The notes under the pieces: model-generated
Databases searched by the model: none
Seen by the model: the letters and a program-made list of their open reading frames with translations, nothing else
What the model was told of the DNA's origin: nothing
Made by a program: the position numbers and the translations under genes
IMG/VR virus record: IMGVR_UViG_3300040801_005514
Span: 1 to 42,406 of that record
DNA: 42,406 bases
DNA from: a virus
Direction: 5' to 3' (one strand)
In this document: piece by piece, positions 42,310 through 42,406 of the stretch
Numbering within the stretch: position 1 is the first letter of the stretch
Layout of the letters: each line of letters starts with the position of its first letter

Positions 42310-42406
42310 ATCTGTGAGGTCTTTTGATATAGTTTACTTAGCAATAGCTTGATATAAATATATCATATCTTGTGCTATTCGCACAACTCTTCTTAAAACT
42401 TCTAAA
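42290..42406. repeat. Terminal direct repeat, right copy (identical to 1-117)
   Basis: Exact 117-bp match to the window start. It includes the 3' end of the 45..371 gene (stop codon at 42334-42336). Confidence 0.95.

Noticed and set aside
1-42406. A search for a lysogeny module, DGR, tRNAs or defence islands
   Set aside because: No integrase, recombinase, excisionase, reverse transcriptase, tRNA-like sequence or known defence gene motif was recognised. HTH proteins and operators are present, but they do not by themselves demonstrate temperate behaviour.

Overview
The window is a complete, AT-rich dsDNA phage genome. Its first 117 bp are repeated exactly at the end (1-117 = 42290-42406), leaving 42,289 bp of unique sequence, so the assembly is either circularly closed or terminally redundant. 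All homology calls below come from reading motifs by eye; no searches were run.

The minus strand (45-31203, continuing across the junction to 39146-42268) carries these, in coordinate order:
- small genes near the lysis region and two tail-fibre genes
- a simple Mu/P2-type baseplate
- the tape measure and its chaperone, with a -1 frameshift extension that the ORF track misses
- tail tube and sheath, then neck proteins
- a DUF2184-type major capsid, DUF2213-type scaffold, MuF-like protein and DUF1073-type portal
- TerL and TerS
- a RuvC-like resolvase and four small paralogous genes
- a ThyX-like gene followed by an unannotated Phd/YefM-like gene
- a 1.05-kb ORF-free control region
- a Prim-Pol/P-loop replicase and an HTH regulator
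- across the junction, a bifunctional endolysin and a LamG-type fibre protein

The plus strand (31342-38976) carries a family A DNA polymerase, SSB, a Cas4-like nuclease, a RecT-like annealase, an SNF2 helicase, MazG and an HTH protein. I saw no integrase, tRNA, CRISPR array, transposase or reverse transcriptase.

The most interesting observations are:
1. A toxin-less YefM-like gene is coupled to a degenerate ThyX-like gene. Their promoter has a perfect CACTTGTACAAGTG palindrome as its spacer and two more TGTACA cores downstream. The decamer CTTGTACAAG also recurs five times across the genome.
2. The ORF-free region 27110-28156 contains a (CCTAA)8 microsatellite, a candidate structured RNA, and about 15 GTTTAGAAA iterons in alternating arrays around a hairpin, AT-rich and G-rich core. 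This is probably the replication origin.
3. Terminator hairpins run directly into the Shine-Dalgarno sequences of the endolysin and LamG genes.
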